Below are positions 36,238 through 45,939 of a stretch of 64,000 nt of DNA, in pieces (positions within the stretch are counted from its first letter, which is position 1; each line of letters opens with the position of its first letter). The notes under the pieces are model-generated. The model saw nothing but the letters and a program-made list of their open reading frames with translations. It was not told the origin of the DNA and did not search any database. The DNA is from Edaphocola sp. (GTDB lineage Bacteria > Bacteroidota > Bacteroidia > Chitinophagales > Chitinophagaceae). The position numbers and the translations under genes are program-made. Where the stretch lies: NCBI GenBank assembly GCA_035708205.1, contig DASSSY010000008.1:88314-152313 (forward strand). Direction: 5' to 3'.

Positions 36238-36867
36238 ATGGACAAATACGAGGAAACATTTGAGACCTGGAACAATATAGCCGCCATATACCAGGACAAG
36301 TTTATGGGAATAGATCTTTATAATGAGACCTATGATTATATTTGTGACGTTCTTAAGCCCAACGCGAAATTGTTAGAAATTGGCTGTGGTCCCGGGAATA
36401 TAACAAAATATCTTTTATCCAAAAGACCTGATTTTAATGTTTTCGGAATTGACATTTCGCCAAATATGATCGAATTGGCCGGAAAGAATAATCCCGCAGC
36501 CCGTTTTGCTGTTATGGACAGCCGGCAGATCAGCCGTCTTAAAACAAAATACGATGGTGTTATTGGCGGGTTTTGCTTACCTTATCTGTCATCTCCGGAA
36601 AGCAGGAAGCTGATTTCTGACGCGTATGATCTGCTACACGGAAATGGCGTTATATATCTGAGCTTTGTTGACGGTGATCCCGGGAAATCGGGTTTTAAAG
36701 AAGGGCCGGCGGGCCGGGTGTTTTTTTATTTTCACAGATCGGGCAATTTGAAATCACAGCTTACGGCTAAAGGATTTGAAGACATCAAAACCTTTAAAGT
36801 GCCCTTTAGAAAAGCAAAGGCTGAATTTGACATGCATACCATATTGATAGCGAAGAAAAATAATTGA
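36238..36867 (+). CDS. Class I SAM-dependent methyltransferase
   Basis: SAM motif I LLEIGCGPGNIT. 209 aa. Confidence 0.75.
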   Translation: MDKYEETFETWNNIAAIYQDKFMGIDLYNETYDYICDVLKPNAKLLEIGCGPGNITKYLLSKRPDFNVFGIDISPNMIELAGKNNPAARFAVMDSRQISRLKTKYDGVIGGFCLPYLSSPESRKLISDAYDLLHGNGVIYLSFVDGDPGKSGFKEGPAGRVFFYFHRSGNLKSQLTAKGFEDIKTFKVPFRKAKAEFDMHTILIAKKNN

Positions 36868-36997
36868 AATGGTGCGTACATGCCTAAAATTCATCCTTTT
36901 TGTCACGCAGTATGACATTCTTTCACTATTTCTGTTTTGGCATATTCCTTGTTGCTCATATTAAGCAAGTAAATTTAAGTATTAAAAATTAATTAGA

Positions 36998-38917
36998 ATG
37001 AGTAAAATAATAGGAATTGACCTTGGTACCACAAACTCATGTGTTGCCGTAATGGAAGGCAATGAGCCGGTGGTTATCGCCAATGATGAGGGTCGTCGTA
37101 CCACACCATCGATTGTGGCTTTTTTGAAAAATGGAGAAAGAAAGGTTGGCGATCCTGCCAAGCGGCAAGCCATCACTAACCCTTCTAATACGATCATGTC
37201 CATTAAGCGTTATATGGGACGCCGGTTTGATGAAGTGCAGGATGAAATGACTCATAATTCTTATAAAATCGTAAAGGGTGATAACAATACGCCTCGGGTG
37301 GATATTGACGGCCGTTTGTATACGCCTCAGGAAATCTCTGCCATGATCCTGCAGAAGATGAAAAAAACCGCTGAAGATTTTCTGGGCCAGGATGTCACCG
37401 AAGCCGTTATTACGGTTCCGGCATATTTTAACGACTCTCAGCGTCAGGCCACTAAAGAAGCGGGGGAAATTGCGGGGTTAACAGTGCGTCGTATCATCAA
37501 CGAACCGACGGCAGCTGCTTTGGCTTACGGGTTGGATAAACAAAATAAGGATAGTAAGATTGCTGTATTCGACCTTGGTGGCGGTACCTTTGACGTTTCT
37601 ATCCTCGAATTGGGTGACGGCGTTTTCGAAGTAAAATCTACTAATGGTGATACCCATCTTGGCGGTGATGATTTTGATAAAGTGATTATGGATTGGTTGG
37701 CTGATGAATTTAAAAAAGATATGCCAACCATTGATTTACACAAAGATCCCATGGCCTGGCAGCGTTTGAAAGAGGCTGCCGAAAAGGCTAAAATCGAGCT
37801 CAGCTCTTCCCAGGAAACGGAGATCAACCTGCCTTACATTACCGCGGTCGACGGTGTTCCCCAGCATCTGGTCCGTAAGTTGACCCGTGCCAAATTTGAA
37901 CAATTGGCCGACAGTCTTGTAGAACGTACCCTTGAACCTTGCCGCAAGGCCCTGCAGGATGCCGGCATGCAAACTTCGGATATTGATGAAGTGATCCTTG
38001 TCGGTGGTTCCACACGTATTCCGAAAATTCAGGAAGTTGTTGAAAAATTCTTTGGCAAGAAACCCAATAAAGGCGTTAACCCCGATGAAGTTGTGGCCAT
38101 AGGTGCCGCTATTCAGGGCGGGGTATTAACCGGCGATGTCAAAGATGTTTTATTGTTAGACGTTACGCCGCTTTCTTTAGGCATTGAAACCTACGGGGGC
38201 GTGATGACCCGTTTAATCGAGTCCAATACCACCATTCCGACCAAGAAAAGTGAAACTTTTTCTACGGCCAGCGATAACCAGCCCAGCGTGGAAATTAATG
38301 TCCTGCAGGGTGAGCGCCCGATGGCTAATCAGAACAAATCTTTAGGCCGCTTTATCCTGGATGGCATTCCGCCGGCTCCCCGTGGCGTACCACAGGTAGA
38401 GGTGACTTTCGATATTGACGCTAACGGTATCATTCATGTGTCTGCAAAAGATAAGGGCACCGGAAAACAACAAAATATCCGCATTGAGGCGGGCAGCGGC
38501 TTGAGTAAGGAGGAGATCGAGAAGATGAAAAATGAAGCCAAAGCCAATGAAGATGAAGATAAAAAAGTGCGTGAAAGAGTAGAAAAGCTCAATACCGCCG
38601 ACGGTTTGATCTTCAATACCGAAAAACAACTGAAGGAATTCGGCGATAAAGTGCCAGCGGATAAGAAAGCGCCCATTGAAGAGGCTTTAAACAAGTTGAA
38701 AGAAGCCCATAAGAACCAGGATATGGCCGCTTTGGATAGCGCCACTGAGGCTTTGAATGCTGCCTGGACGGCAGCCAGTGAAGAGCTTTATAAAGCGCAG
38801 CAGCAACAGAGTGGCGGCGCTGCTGAAGGACAGGGACAGGCTGAGCAGCAGGGCCAGGCTACGGATGCCGGCGGTGGCGATGATGTTGCCGATGCCGATT
38901 TTGAAGAAGTAAAGTAA
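36998..38917 (+). CDS. dnaK: Molecular chaperone DnaK (Hsp70)
   Basis: [26 protein letters not shown] and [14 protein letters not shown]-type motifs. 639 aa. Confidence 0.98.
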   Translation: MSKIIGIDLGTTNSCVAVMEGNEPVVIANDEGRRTTPSIVAFLKNGERKVGDPAKRQAITNPSNTIMSIKRYMGRRFDEVQDEMTHNSYKIVKGDNNTPRVDIDGRLYTPQEISAMILQKMKKTAEDFLGQDVTEAVITVPAYFNDSQRQATKEAGEIAGLTVRRIINEPTAAALAYGLDKQNKDSKIAVFDLGGGTFDVSILELGDGVFEVKSTNGDTHLGGDDFDKVIMDWLADEFKKDMPTIDLHKDPMAWQRLKEAAEKAKIELSSSQETEINLPYITAVDGVPQHLVRKLTRAKFEQLADSLVERTLEPCRKALQDAGMQTSDIDEVILVGGSTRIPKIQEVVEKFFGKKPNKGVNPDEVVAIGAAIQGGVLTGDVKDVLLLDVTPLSLGIETYGGVMTRLIESNTTIPTKKSETFSTASDNQPSVEINVLQGERPMANQNKSLGRFILDGIPPAPRGVPQVEVTFDIDANGIIHVSAKDKGTGKQQNIRIEAGSGLSKEEIEKMKNEAKANEDEDKKVRERVEKLNTADGLIFNTEKQLKEFGDKVPADKKAPIEEALNKLKEAHKNQDMAALDSATEALNAAWTAASEELYKAQQQQSGGAAEGQGQAEQQGQATDAGGGDDVADADFEEVK

Positions 38918-38926
38918 ACATATATC

Positions 38927-38979
38927 AACGCATATTAAGAAAGGCTTTCCGCAACGGAAAGCCTTTCTTAATATGCGTT
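38927..38979. terminator. Bidirectional terminator: perfect 25-bp stem hairpin between convergent dnaK and rfbG
   Basis: aacgcatattaagaaaggctttccg caa cggaaagcctttcttaatatgcgtt, followed by atttcgttt. Confidence 0.6.
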
Positions 38980-39017
38980 ATTTCGTTTATAATGCCCGCT
39001 TACAAACGGAAGAAGTT

Positions 39018-40085
39018 TCAGGAGAAAAACGATATTATTTGTTGTCTCATCTTTTCCGATGCGCTTTGCTCTTTATTGGCATACCACTCGGCGGTTAAAC
39101 GAATAGCTTCATCCGCATGATACTTAGGCTGCCAGCCCAGATCATTTTGTAGCGCGCTGTTGTCCAGAAGTAAAGTGCCGGCTTCATGAAGTCTTTTGGC
39201 ATCTTCGGCCACTTCATAGTTTCCGGCACCGTAATATCGAATGAATTTCCGGGTCACCGTTTCAACCGTGAGCATATCTTTGGCATCCGGGCCGATATTA
39301 TATGCCGGCAGAAGCTTGTCAGGATCGTTGGTCAGGAGTGTTTGCGCGACTTCAAGATAGACGCCTAAAGGTTCTAGAACATGCTGCCAGGGCCGGATGG
39401 CGCCGGGATTTCTTAGCTTTACGGTTTCTTCATTAATGATGGCACGATAAATATCCGGAATAATGCGGTCATCTGAATAGTCCCCTCCGCCGATAACATT
39501 GCCGGCACGCAGGGCAATGACGGATTTTTGGTGCATGGGAAAGGCCTGTGGTGGAAAATAGCTTTTGCGATAGCTGGCAATGGCGATTTCCGCAGCGGCT
39601 TTGCTTGAGGAATAAGGATCATATCCGCCCAGCTTATCGGATTCAATAAAAGCTTTACCGTTTTCCGGGTTTTCATACACCTTATCGGTTGTGATCATAA
39701 TAGCGGCGCATGGATTTGTCAATCCCCGCATAGCTTCCAAAACATGCACCGTGCCCATGACATTGGTTTCAAAAGTATCAACCGGTTCATCATAACTTTT
39801 TCTGACCAGGGGCTGGGCCGCCAGGTGAAAAATGATATCCGGTTCAAAACGGACAATTTCCCCCATCAGGGAATGCTGGTCACGAATGTCGGCAATGACC
39901 GAAGTGTAACACATTTCATCGCCGTTCATCTGGTAATACAGGTCCGTACTGTTCCCGGGCGCTAAGGCATAACCTTTTACTTCCGAGCCAAGCAGATAGA
40001 GCATATGCAGCAGCCAGCTACCTTTAAAGCCGGTATGGCCGGTCAGAAAAATTTTTTTGCCTTTGAAAAAATCCGGCAATACCAT
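39018..40085 (-). CDS. rfbG: CDP-glucose 4,6-dehydratase
   Basis: FKGKKIFLTGHTGFKGSWL at the N-terminus and YSSSKAAAE catalytic Y-x3-K. 355 aa. Confidence 0.8.
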   Translation of the reverse strand: MVLPDFFKGKKIFLTGHTGFKGSWLLHMLYLLGSEVKGYALAPGNSTDLYYQMNGDEMCYTSVIADIRDQHSLMGEIVRFEPDIIFHLAAQPLVRKSYDEPVDTFETNVMGTVHVLEAMRGLTNPCAAIMITTDKVYENPENGKAFIESDKLGGYDPYSSSKAAAEIAIASYRKSYFPPQAFPMHQKSVIALRAGNVIGGGDYSDDRIIPDIYRAIINEETVKLRNPGAIRPWQHVLEPLGVYLEVAQTLLTNDPDKLLPAYNIGPDAKDMLTVETVTRKFIRYYGAGNYEVAEDAKRLHEAGTLLLDNSALQNDLGWQPKYHADEAIRLTAEWYANKEQSASEKMRQQIISFFS

Positions 40086-40260
40086 GGTTCGGAATTAATT
40101 TTATAATAATTAATAATGCCGGCCGGCGCGGATGGTTTATTTACGGCCGGCGCGGGATCAAAGATAATTTAATTTGCAGGAAATCCGGGTATGTCGGTGC
40201 ATGTTGTGTAAATATTAAGTAATAAAAACGCAACCCGCGCGCTAACCGTGTAAATATGGT

Positions 40261-40268
40261 TATCTTTG
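40261..40268 (+). promoter_or_regulatory. -7 promoter motif TATCTTTG for pnp
   Basis: 113 nt upstream of the pnp ATG. The leader contains mutually exclusive or pseudoknot-capable pairings (see findings). Confidence 0.4.
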
Positions 40269-40380
40269 CGCCGTTCAAAAGATTTTTAGTAAAAATTTAA
40301 TGTTTAACCGTCCTTTTAATTTTGAGGCAAAAGGACAACTGATGAATAAAGCCTCAAGCTGATTAGAAAAATATATAAAT

Positions 40381-42633
40381 ATGGCGTTGAATCCCATTTC
40401 CGTCTCTTTCCCTTTGACCAACGGCAGGGAAGTAACTATTGAAACCGGTAAGCTTGCCCGTCAGGCCGACGGAGCCGTTACCGTAAAATGTGGTAATTGT
40501 GTCTTGTTCGCATCTGTTGTAGCAAGCAAGGAACCCAAACCCGGTCAGAGCTTTTTCCCGCTGACCGTAGATTATCAGGAAAAATTTGCTTCCGCGGGGC
40601 AAATTCCCGGTTCTTTCTTTAAAAGAGAAGGCCGTTTGAATGATTATGAAATCCTTATTTCCCGCCTGATTGACCGTGCTTTGAGGCCTTTATTCCCTGA
40701 GGGTTATTTTTGTGATGTTCAGGTGATTGTCAACCTGATTTCTTCCGACCCTGAAGTGATGCCCGATGCCCTGGCTTGTCTGGCGGCTTCCGCGGCATTG
40801 GCTGTATCTGATGTGCCTATTCAGGAAATTATTTCTGAAGTGCGGATTGCCCGTGTCAACAATGAATTTGTGATTAATCCTGATCGGTCCTTAATCGAAT
40901 CTGCCGATATGGATTTCATCGTGGCGGCTACCGATAAAAACATCATGATGGTAGAAGGCGAATCCAAAGAATGTCAGGAAGAAGATTTAATTAAAGCGAT
41001 TGAAGCGGCTCATGAAGCCATCAGAATTCAGGTAAAAGCGCAGGAAGAATTAAGACAAAAAGTAGGCGCTCCGGCCAAAAGAGAAGTGGCCGCCCTTCCG
41101 GAAGATGCTGCTATCAAAGCTAAAGTTGAAGAAATTGCCGGCGAGAAAGTTAAGGCGATCATCCATGCGGCTTCTGCAAAACACGACCGCAGTGATGCCT
41201 TTGCACAGATAAAAGAAGAAGTGATTGCCGCTTTTGGCGAAGAAGCCGAAGAAGAAACCATTAGCCTGGCCAAAAGATATTATGAAGACCTGCTGTACTA
41301 TTCTGTAAGAAACATGATCCTGGACGACAAAGTTCGTTTGGATGGCCGTGCTTTAGATGTTGTCCGGCCGTTGGAAATGGAAACCAGCATTCTGCCTTCA
41401 CCGCACGGTTCCGCATTGTTTACCCGTGGTGAAACCCAGTCTTTGTCCACCGTTACCTTAGGGACTAAAAATGACGAGTTACTGGTGGAAACCGCCGGTA
41501 CTTCCAACTACGATACTTTTATTCTGCATTATAATTTCCCGCCGTTCTCTACCGGTGAGACCAAGCCGATGCGCGGCCCTTCCCGTCGTGAGGTGGGTCA
41601 TGGTAACTTAGCCAAACGTTCCCTGTATCAGATGATGCCGAAGGATTATCCCTACACGGTTCGTGTGGTTTCGGATATCCTGGAATCTAACGGTTCTTCT
41701 TCTATGGCCACCGTTTGTGCCGGTTCTTTAGCACTGATGGATGCCGGTGTGCCTTTCCCCAAACATGTCGGTGGTGTGGCCATGGGCCTGATCAGCCGCT
41801 CAGAAGATGGCAATTGGGCCGTGCTGACCGATATTTTAGGCGACGAAGACCACTTGGGCGATATGGACTTTAAAGTGACCGGAACGCGCGATGGTATTTG
41901 TGGTATCCAGATGGATATCAAAGTGGATGGCTTAAGCATGGACGTGATGCGTCAGGCATTGGCACAAGCGCATAAAGGAAGAATGCACATCCTGGACGCC
42001 ATGTATAGTTGTATGCCGGAATATCGTCCTGATTTGAAACCGCAGACGCCGCGTATTGAACAAATGATCATCGACCGCGAATTTATCGGCGCCATTATCG
42101 GGCCCGGCGGTAAAGTGATTCAGGAAATTCAGCGCGAAACCGGTACGGAAATCAATATCGAAGAAGTGGATGAAAAAGGTATTATTAAGATTTTCTCTAA
42201 GGATGCCGAATCTAATGCTAAAGCCATTCAATGGATCAGAGGTATTGTGGCCATTCCGGAAGTGGGCGAAACCTATGAAGCCGTGGTGAAATCCATTATG
42301 CCTTACGGGGCCTTTGTAGAGTTTATGCCCGGCAAACAAGGACTACTGCACATTTCTGAAGTGAGCTGGAAACGTTTGGACAATCTGGACGGTGTTCTAA
42401 CCGAAAATGATAATCTGAAGGTGAAATTGGTAGGTCTTGATCCCAAAACCGGTAAATTCCGTTTAAGCCGCAAAGTGCTGATGCCGAAACCGGAAGGTTA
42501 TGTTGAAAAACCGGAAGGTGAAGGCCGTGGTGGCCGCAGCAACAACAATCGTCATGGAAATGATGATTTTAAAGGCCGGAAAGAACGCCATAAAGCGCCT
42601 GAGCAAAATGAAGCCGGTGCTTCTGAAAACTAA
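40381..42633 (+). CDS. pnp: Polyribonucleotide nucleotidyltransferase (PNPase)
   Basis: Two RNase PH domains (GSSSMATVCAGSLALMDAGVP) plus KH and S1 domains, with a basic C-terminal tail. Confidence 0.97.
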   Translation: MALNPISVSFPLTNGREVTIETGKLARQADGAVTVKCGNCVLFASVVASKEPKPGQSFFPLTVDYQEKFASAGQIPGSFFKREGRLNDYEILISRLIDRALRPLFPEGYFCDVQVIVNLISSDPEVMPDALACLAASAALAVSDVPIQEIISEVRIARVNNEFVINPDRSLIESADMDFIVAATDKNIMMVEGESKECQEEDLIKAIEAAHEAIRIQVKAQEELRQKVGAPAKREVAALPEDAAIKAKVEEIAGEKVKAIIHAASAKHDRSDAFAQIKEEVIAAFGEEAEEETISLAKRYYEDLLYYSVRNMILDDKVRLDGRALDVVRPLEMETSILPSPHGSALFTRGETQSLSTVTLGTKNDELLVETAGTSNYDTFILHYNFPPFSTGETKPMRGPSRREVGHGNLAKRSLYQMMPKDYPYTVRVVSDILESNGSSSMATVCAGSLALMDAGVPFPKHVGGVAMGLISRSEDGNWAVLTDILGDEDHLGDMDFKVTGTRDGICGIQMDIKVDGLSMDVMRQALAQAHKGRMHILDAMYSCMPEYRPDLKPQTPRIEQMIIDREFIGAIIGPGGKVIQEIQRETGTEINIEEVDEKGIIKIFSKDAESNAKAIQWIRGIVAIPEVGETYEAVVKSIMPYGAFVEFMPGKQGLLHISEVSWKRLDNLDGVLTENDNLKVKLVGLDPKTGKFRLSRKVLMPKPEGYVEKPEGEGRGGRSNNNRHGNDDFKGRKERHKAPEQNEAGASEN

Positions 42634-42666
42634 GTCACAATAGCCGGGATAAGCTTTTCCGGTTAT

Positions 42667-42704
42667 CAAAATCGTCGCTGATACCCTTAGCGGCGATTTT
42701 TTAT
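42667..42704 (+). terminator. Rho-independent terminator after pnp
   Basis: aaaatcgtcgctg ataccctt agcggcgatttt followed by ttatt. Confidence 0.6.
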
Positions 42705-42772
42705 TGTAACAAATTCTTTAAGGAAAAGTCAGCGGCTTTGCTTATTTTTACCCACCTTAAATCAATAGCACA

Positions 42773-43987
42773 ATGGATCAGAATATCTTAGCCGCTGAAC
42801 CTGGAAACTTAAAACCGAGGAAAGGATTGGGCATTTATGTTTTACAATTCATTCGGATTGTTGTCGGTTTATTGTTCATTTTTTCCGGCCTGGTAAAGGC
42901 AAATGATCCTTCCGGCCTGGCTTATAAAATGCAGGAATTTTTTGAAGCCTGGCACATGACCGGTCTGTCTTCTTTTGCCTTGGCTTTAGCCATTATCATG
43001 ATTATTTTTGAGATCATTGCGGGCGTGGCGCTGTTGTTGGGTTATGCCTTTAAGGTGTTTTCTTTTTTGTTGCTGGTGCTGATGATTTTCTTCTGCTTCC
43101 TGACGGGCTACGCGGCACTTTCGGGAAGAATTAAAGAGTGCGGCTGTTTTGGCGATTGTATTCCCCTGCAGGCCATGCAGAGTTTCCTGAAAGATGTGGT
43201 ATTGGTTGTTCTGGTGGTCATTTTGTTTCTGGCCCGAAAGCATATTCATCCTTTGTTTAAACGGCATATCGGCACTTCGTTGATGATTTTATGCCTGTTT
43301 GCTTCCGGCTTTATTCAATGGTATGCTTTGCAGCATTTGCCTTTCGTGGATTGCCTGCCCTATAGGGTAGGCAATAATCTCTGGTCTGAAATGCAGCCAC
43401 CGGCCAATGCCACGCCGGATGTGTATCAAACCACCTATAATCTGAAAAATGAACAAACCGGTGCGACGAAAAGCATGAGCGACAAGGAATATTTAGATTC
43501 CGGCATTTGGAAAGATACAACCTGGGTGATTGACGGCGACCCGATACAAAAGCTGATTCAGAAAGGTAATAATCTGCCGGCCATTCAGGACTTCCATATT
43601 ATGGACTATAGCGGTAACGACTATACCGAATACCTTTTGAAAGAACCGGGCTATAACTTCCTGTTGTTTATTAAGGATGTGCAGGACGCGGATGCCCGTA
43701 ATGTGGCCCGTTTACAGCAGATCATTCAGGATTGCCAGAAGAGCAATGTGGGCTTTTATGTCCTGTCCGCCAGTCCCGAAAGCGCTACCCAGGAATTTTT
43801 GAAAGCCAATAATCTGTCGGCGCCTGTTTATGCCATTGACGCCACGGTTTGTAAAACGGCCTTGCGCTCTAATCCCGGTTTGATGCTCATTAAGGCCGGT
43901 ACGGTGTTAGGCAAATGGAGCTATAACGATTATCCCACAGGCTTTAGCTGGGAAAACGCCCAGAAGTTGAAACTGGGTTTTAAGTAG
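42773..43987 (+). CDS. DoxX-family membrane protein fused to a thioredoxin-like (TlpA-like) C-terminal domain
   Basis: N-terminal DoxX TM helices (IVVGLLFIFSGLVKANDP), a CGCFGDC motif, and a C-terminal soluble domain. Confidence 0.6.
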   Translation: MDQNILAAEPGNLKPRKGLGIYVLQFIRIVVGLLFIFSGLVKANDPSGLAYKMQEFFEAWHMTGLSSFALALAIIMIIFEIIAGVALLLGYAFKVFSFLLLVLMIFFCFLTGYAALSGRIKECGCFGDCIPLQAMQSFLKDVVLVVLVVILFLARKHIHPLFKRHIGTSLMILCLFASGFIQWYALQHLPFVDCLPYRVGNNLWSEMQPPANATPDVYQTTYNLKNEQTGATKSMSDKEYLDSGIWKDTTWVIDGDPIQKLIQKGNNLPAIQDFHIMDYSGNDYTEYLLKEPGYNFLLFIKDVQDADARNVARLQQIIQDCQKSNVGFYVLSASPESATQEFLKANNLSAPVYAIDATVCKTALRSNPGLMLIKAGTVLGKWSYNDYPTGFSWENAQKLKLGFK

Positions 43988-45106
43988 GGGAAGTTGCTTA
44001 GGGTTTGGTTGCTAGCGTATCTGTTTTCATTTTGTCACGGTTTTTTCCGGTTTCGAAAAAATGCACGCCAAAACCAAAGAGAGTGACGTTGTAATCTCCG
44101 GGTGTTCCCTCGGGATTATGTATAGGATATACGTGCCTGGTATTTCTTTCGCTTGATATTGTGGTGCCGAAAAAAACCTTGTGTCCCTGTGTCTTCGTGA
44201 GAAAAAATGAGTTGCTTTTAAAGAACCATTAAGGCATGGAGAGGCATTAAGAACGCTTCGCGCCTTTGCGAAAGCTTTGCAGCTTAATAAGAAATATGCC
44301 TTTTTGCCCGCTGTGTCACTGGGAGCGATAAGAAAACATGCTGTTCGGGGATGTTCCGCAGGGCATCCTGAACGGGAGATAATTAGGATTTTAATCCGGA
44401 AATATATTATTTTGCGGTATAGCGTTAACCTGTGTTTTATGCTTTCCATTCCTGCATTAATAACTATTTATATTTTTGCCTTATGGCAAGGTATTGATGG
44501 AAAATAATATCGAAAGCTGATTTTTATTGGATTTGCGACGAAGAAGAAGCAGTCCGTAAAAGGAATATTAAATGACATTTGCGAAGCAGGTGTATTATAT
44601 ATATAACAGTCTTTTTTTGCTGGTGTTTTTTTGGTGAAAAATATGAATCGTTTACCGTGTATTATCCTTATCCTAAGGTTTTTTAACCGTAACATCTCAT
44701 TGCTTTTTTAATGACGCCTTTATTGATTGTTCTGGATTGAAGTCTTTTCTGCTAAAAATCTTTGTATCCCCGCGGCTCCGTGGGAAAAAATTCGGTATTA
44801 TACACTTTAATTAGGCAGCAATTAACACAATGTCATTTTGATATAAATGTTTGTTTGGTTGTGAATGTTGCAAATAATGGATTTACAGTTAGTTGCGTTG
44901 TTTGTTTTCTTTCTGATAACTTTATTTTGTTCTGAGATTTCCGTAACTTTACGTCAATCCGTTTTTTCCAGTATCAAAGCCCTGAAACATAAGTGCTTGG
45001 TTGGTGGCAAACCAATATAAGCAGGCAATTAGAGTTTGTATGTGAGGGCTGTAGATTTCAGGAATGGTGAGGTTATTCTTTTTTTTGGCATTAAAATGCG
45101 CCGCCT

Positions 45107-45925
45107 ATGGCTAAGCGATTTATCGTACTCATTGATTTTTCGGAATATTCATCGCATTTGCTGCAATACGTTTATGCCTGGAGCCGTCGGGAGGATGCCG
45201 AACTGCTGTTACTGCATCAGAATTTGGTGATTTTTCCCGCTTTGGTAGATGCCGAGGTTAAGCAAAGCATTATCCGGCAAGCCAATGCGGACGCGCTTCA
45301 GCAACTCAAAACACTTGCTTCCGATCATATTTCGCAGTGTCCAAAGTTGTCTTTTGTTGTCAATGAAAAGCCTCTACCCACCTTGTTGTCGGAATTATTG
45401 TCGGAATCCTATGAGCATTTGATTTTTCTGGGTTTAAAAGGTACCGGTGTTTTGAAAAAATGGTTTTTGGGCAGTGTGGCGGTGGATGTTGTGGAAACAG
45501 TATCGGATATAATCGTGGCCTTACCCAAGGACGCACCGATGACTGTGCCGGAAACCTTATTTGTCGGCGTTAAAGAAGCACATCCACTGAATGTTCCGGC
45601 GTTGCAAAAGTTGTTGACGCATTTTTGCCATCTGCTACCGGCGATTCATTTTTTTACGATTGCGAAACCACAGGACGACCGGTTGACGGTTGAACGTCAT
45701 CTCAAAAGCCTTGTCAGCAGGTTTTCGGCGCAGACAATGACCACATTTTCCGTTTATGAAACAGGAAATACTCTTGACTTTATAAAGGAAATGATTGCTC
45801 ATAACCCGGATGTGCTGATGGTGATTCAAAAAGGCTCCCGGATGCTGAAAGACCATTTTATGAGACAATTCCTGACCAATGAACTGGTTTACGACGGAAA
45901 ACTACCTTTAGTTATTTTACCTTAA
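45107..45925 (+). CDS. Universal stress protein family (tandem USP domains)
   Basis: 272 aa. Pattern KRFIVLIDFSEYS...LLLLH, with a second half ending ...LPLVILP. Confidence 0.6.
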   Translation: MAKRFIVLIDFSEYSSHLLQYVYAWSRREDAELLLLHQNLVIFPALVDAEVKQSIIRQANADALQQLKTLASDHISQCPKLSFVVNEKPLPTLLSELLSESYEHLIFLGLKGTGVLKKWFLGSVAVDVVETVSDIIVALPKDAPMTVPETLFVGVKEAHPLNVPALQKLLTHFCHLLPAIHFFTIAKPQDDRLTVERHLKSLVSRFSAQTMTTFSVYETGNTLDFIKEMIAHNPDVLMVIQKGSRMLKDHFMRQFLTNELVYDGKLPLVILP

Positions 45926-45939
45926 TACACAAAACGCGA

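Noticed and set aside
44027-44695. ORFs 44027-44449(-), 44277-44507(+) and 44468-44695(-)
   Set aside because: They are mutually overlapping, with no motifs, odd composition and no promoter or start context. They are treated as non-coding and the gap is flagged instead.
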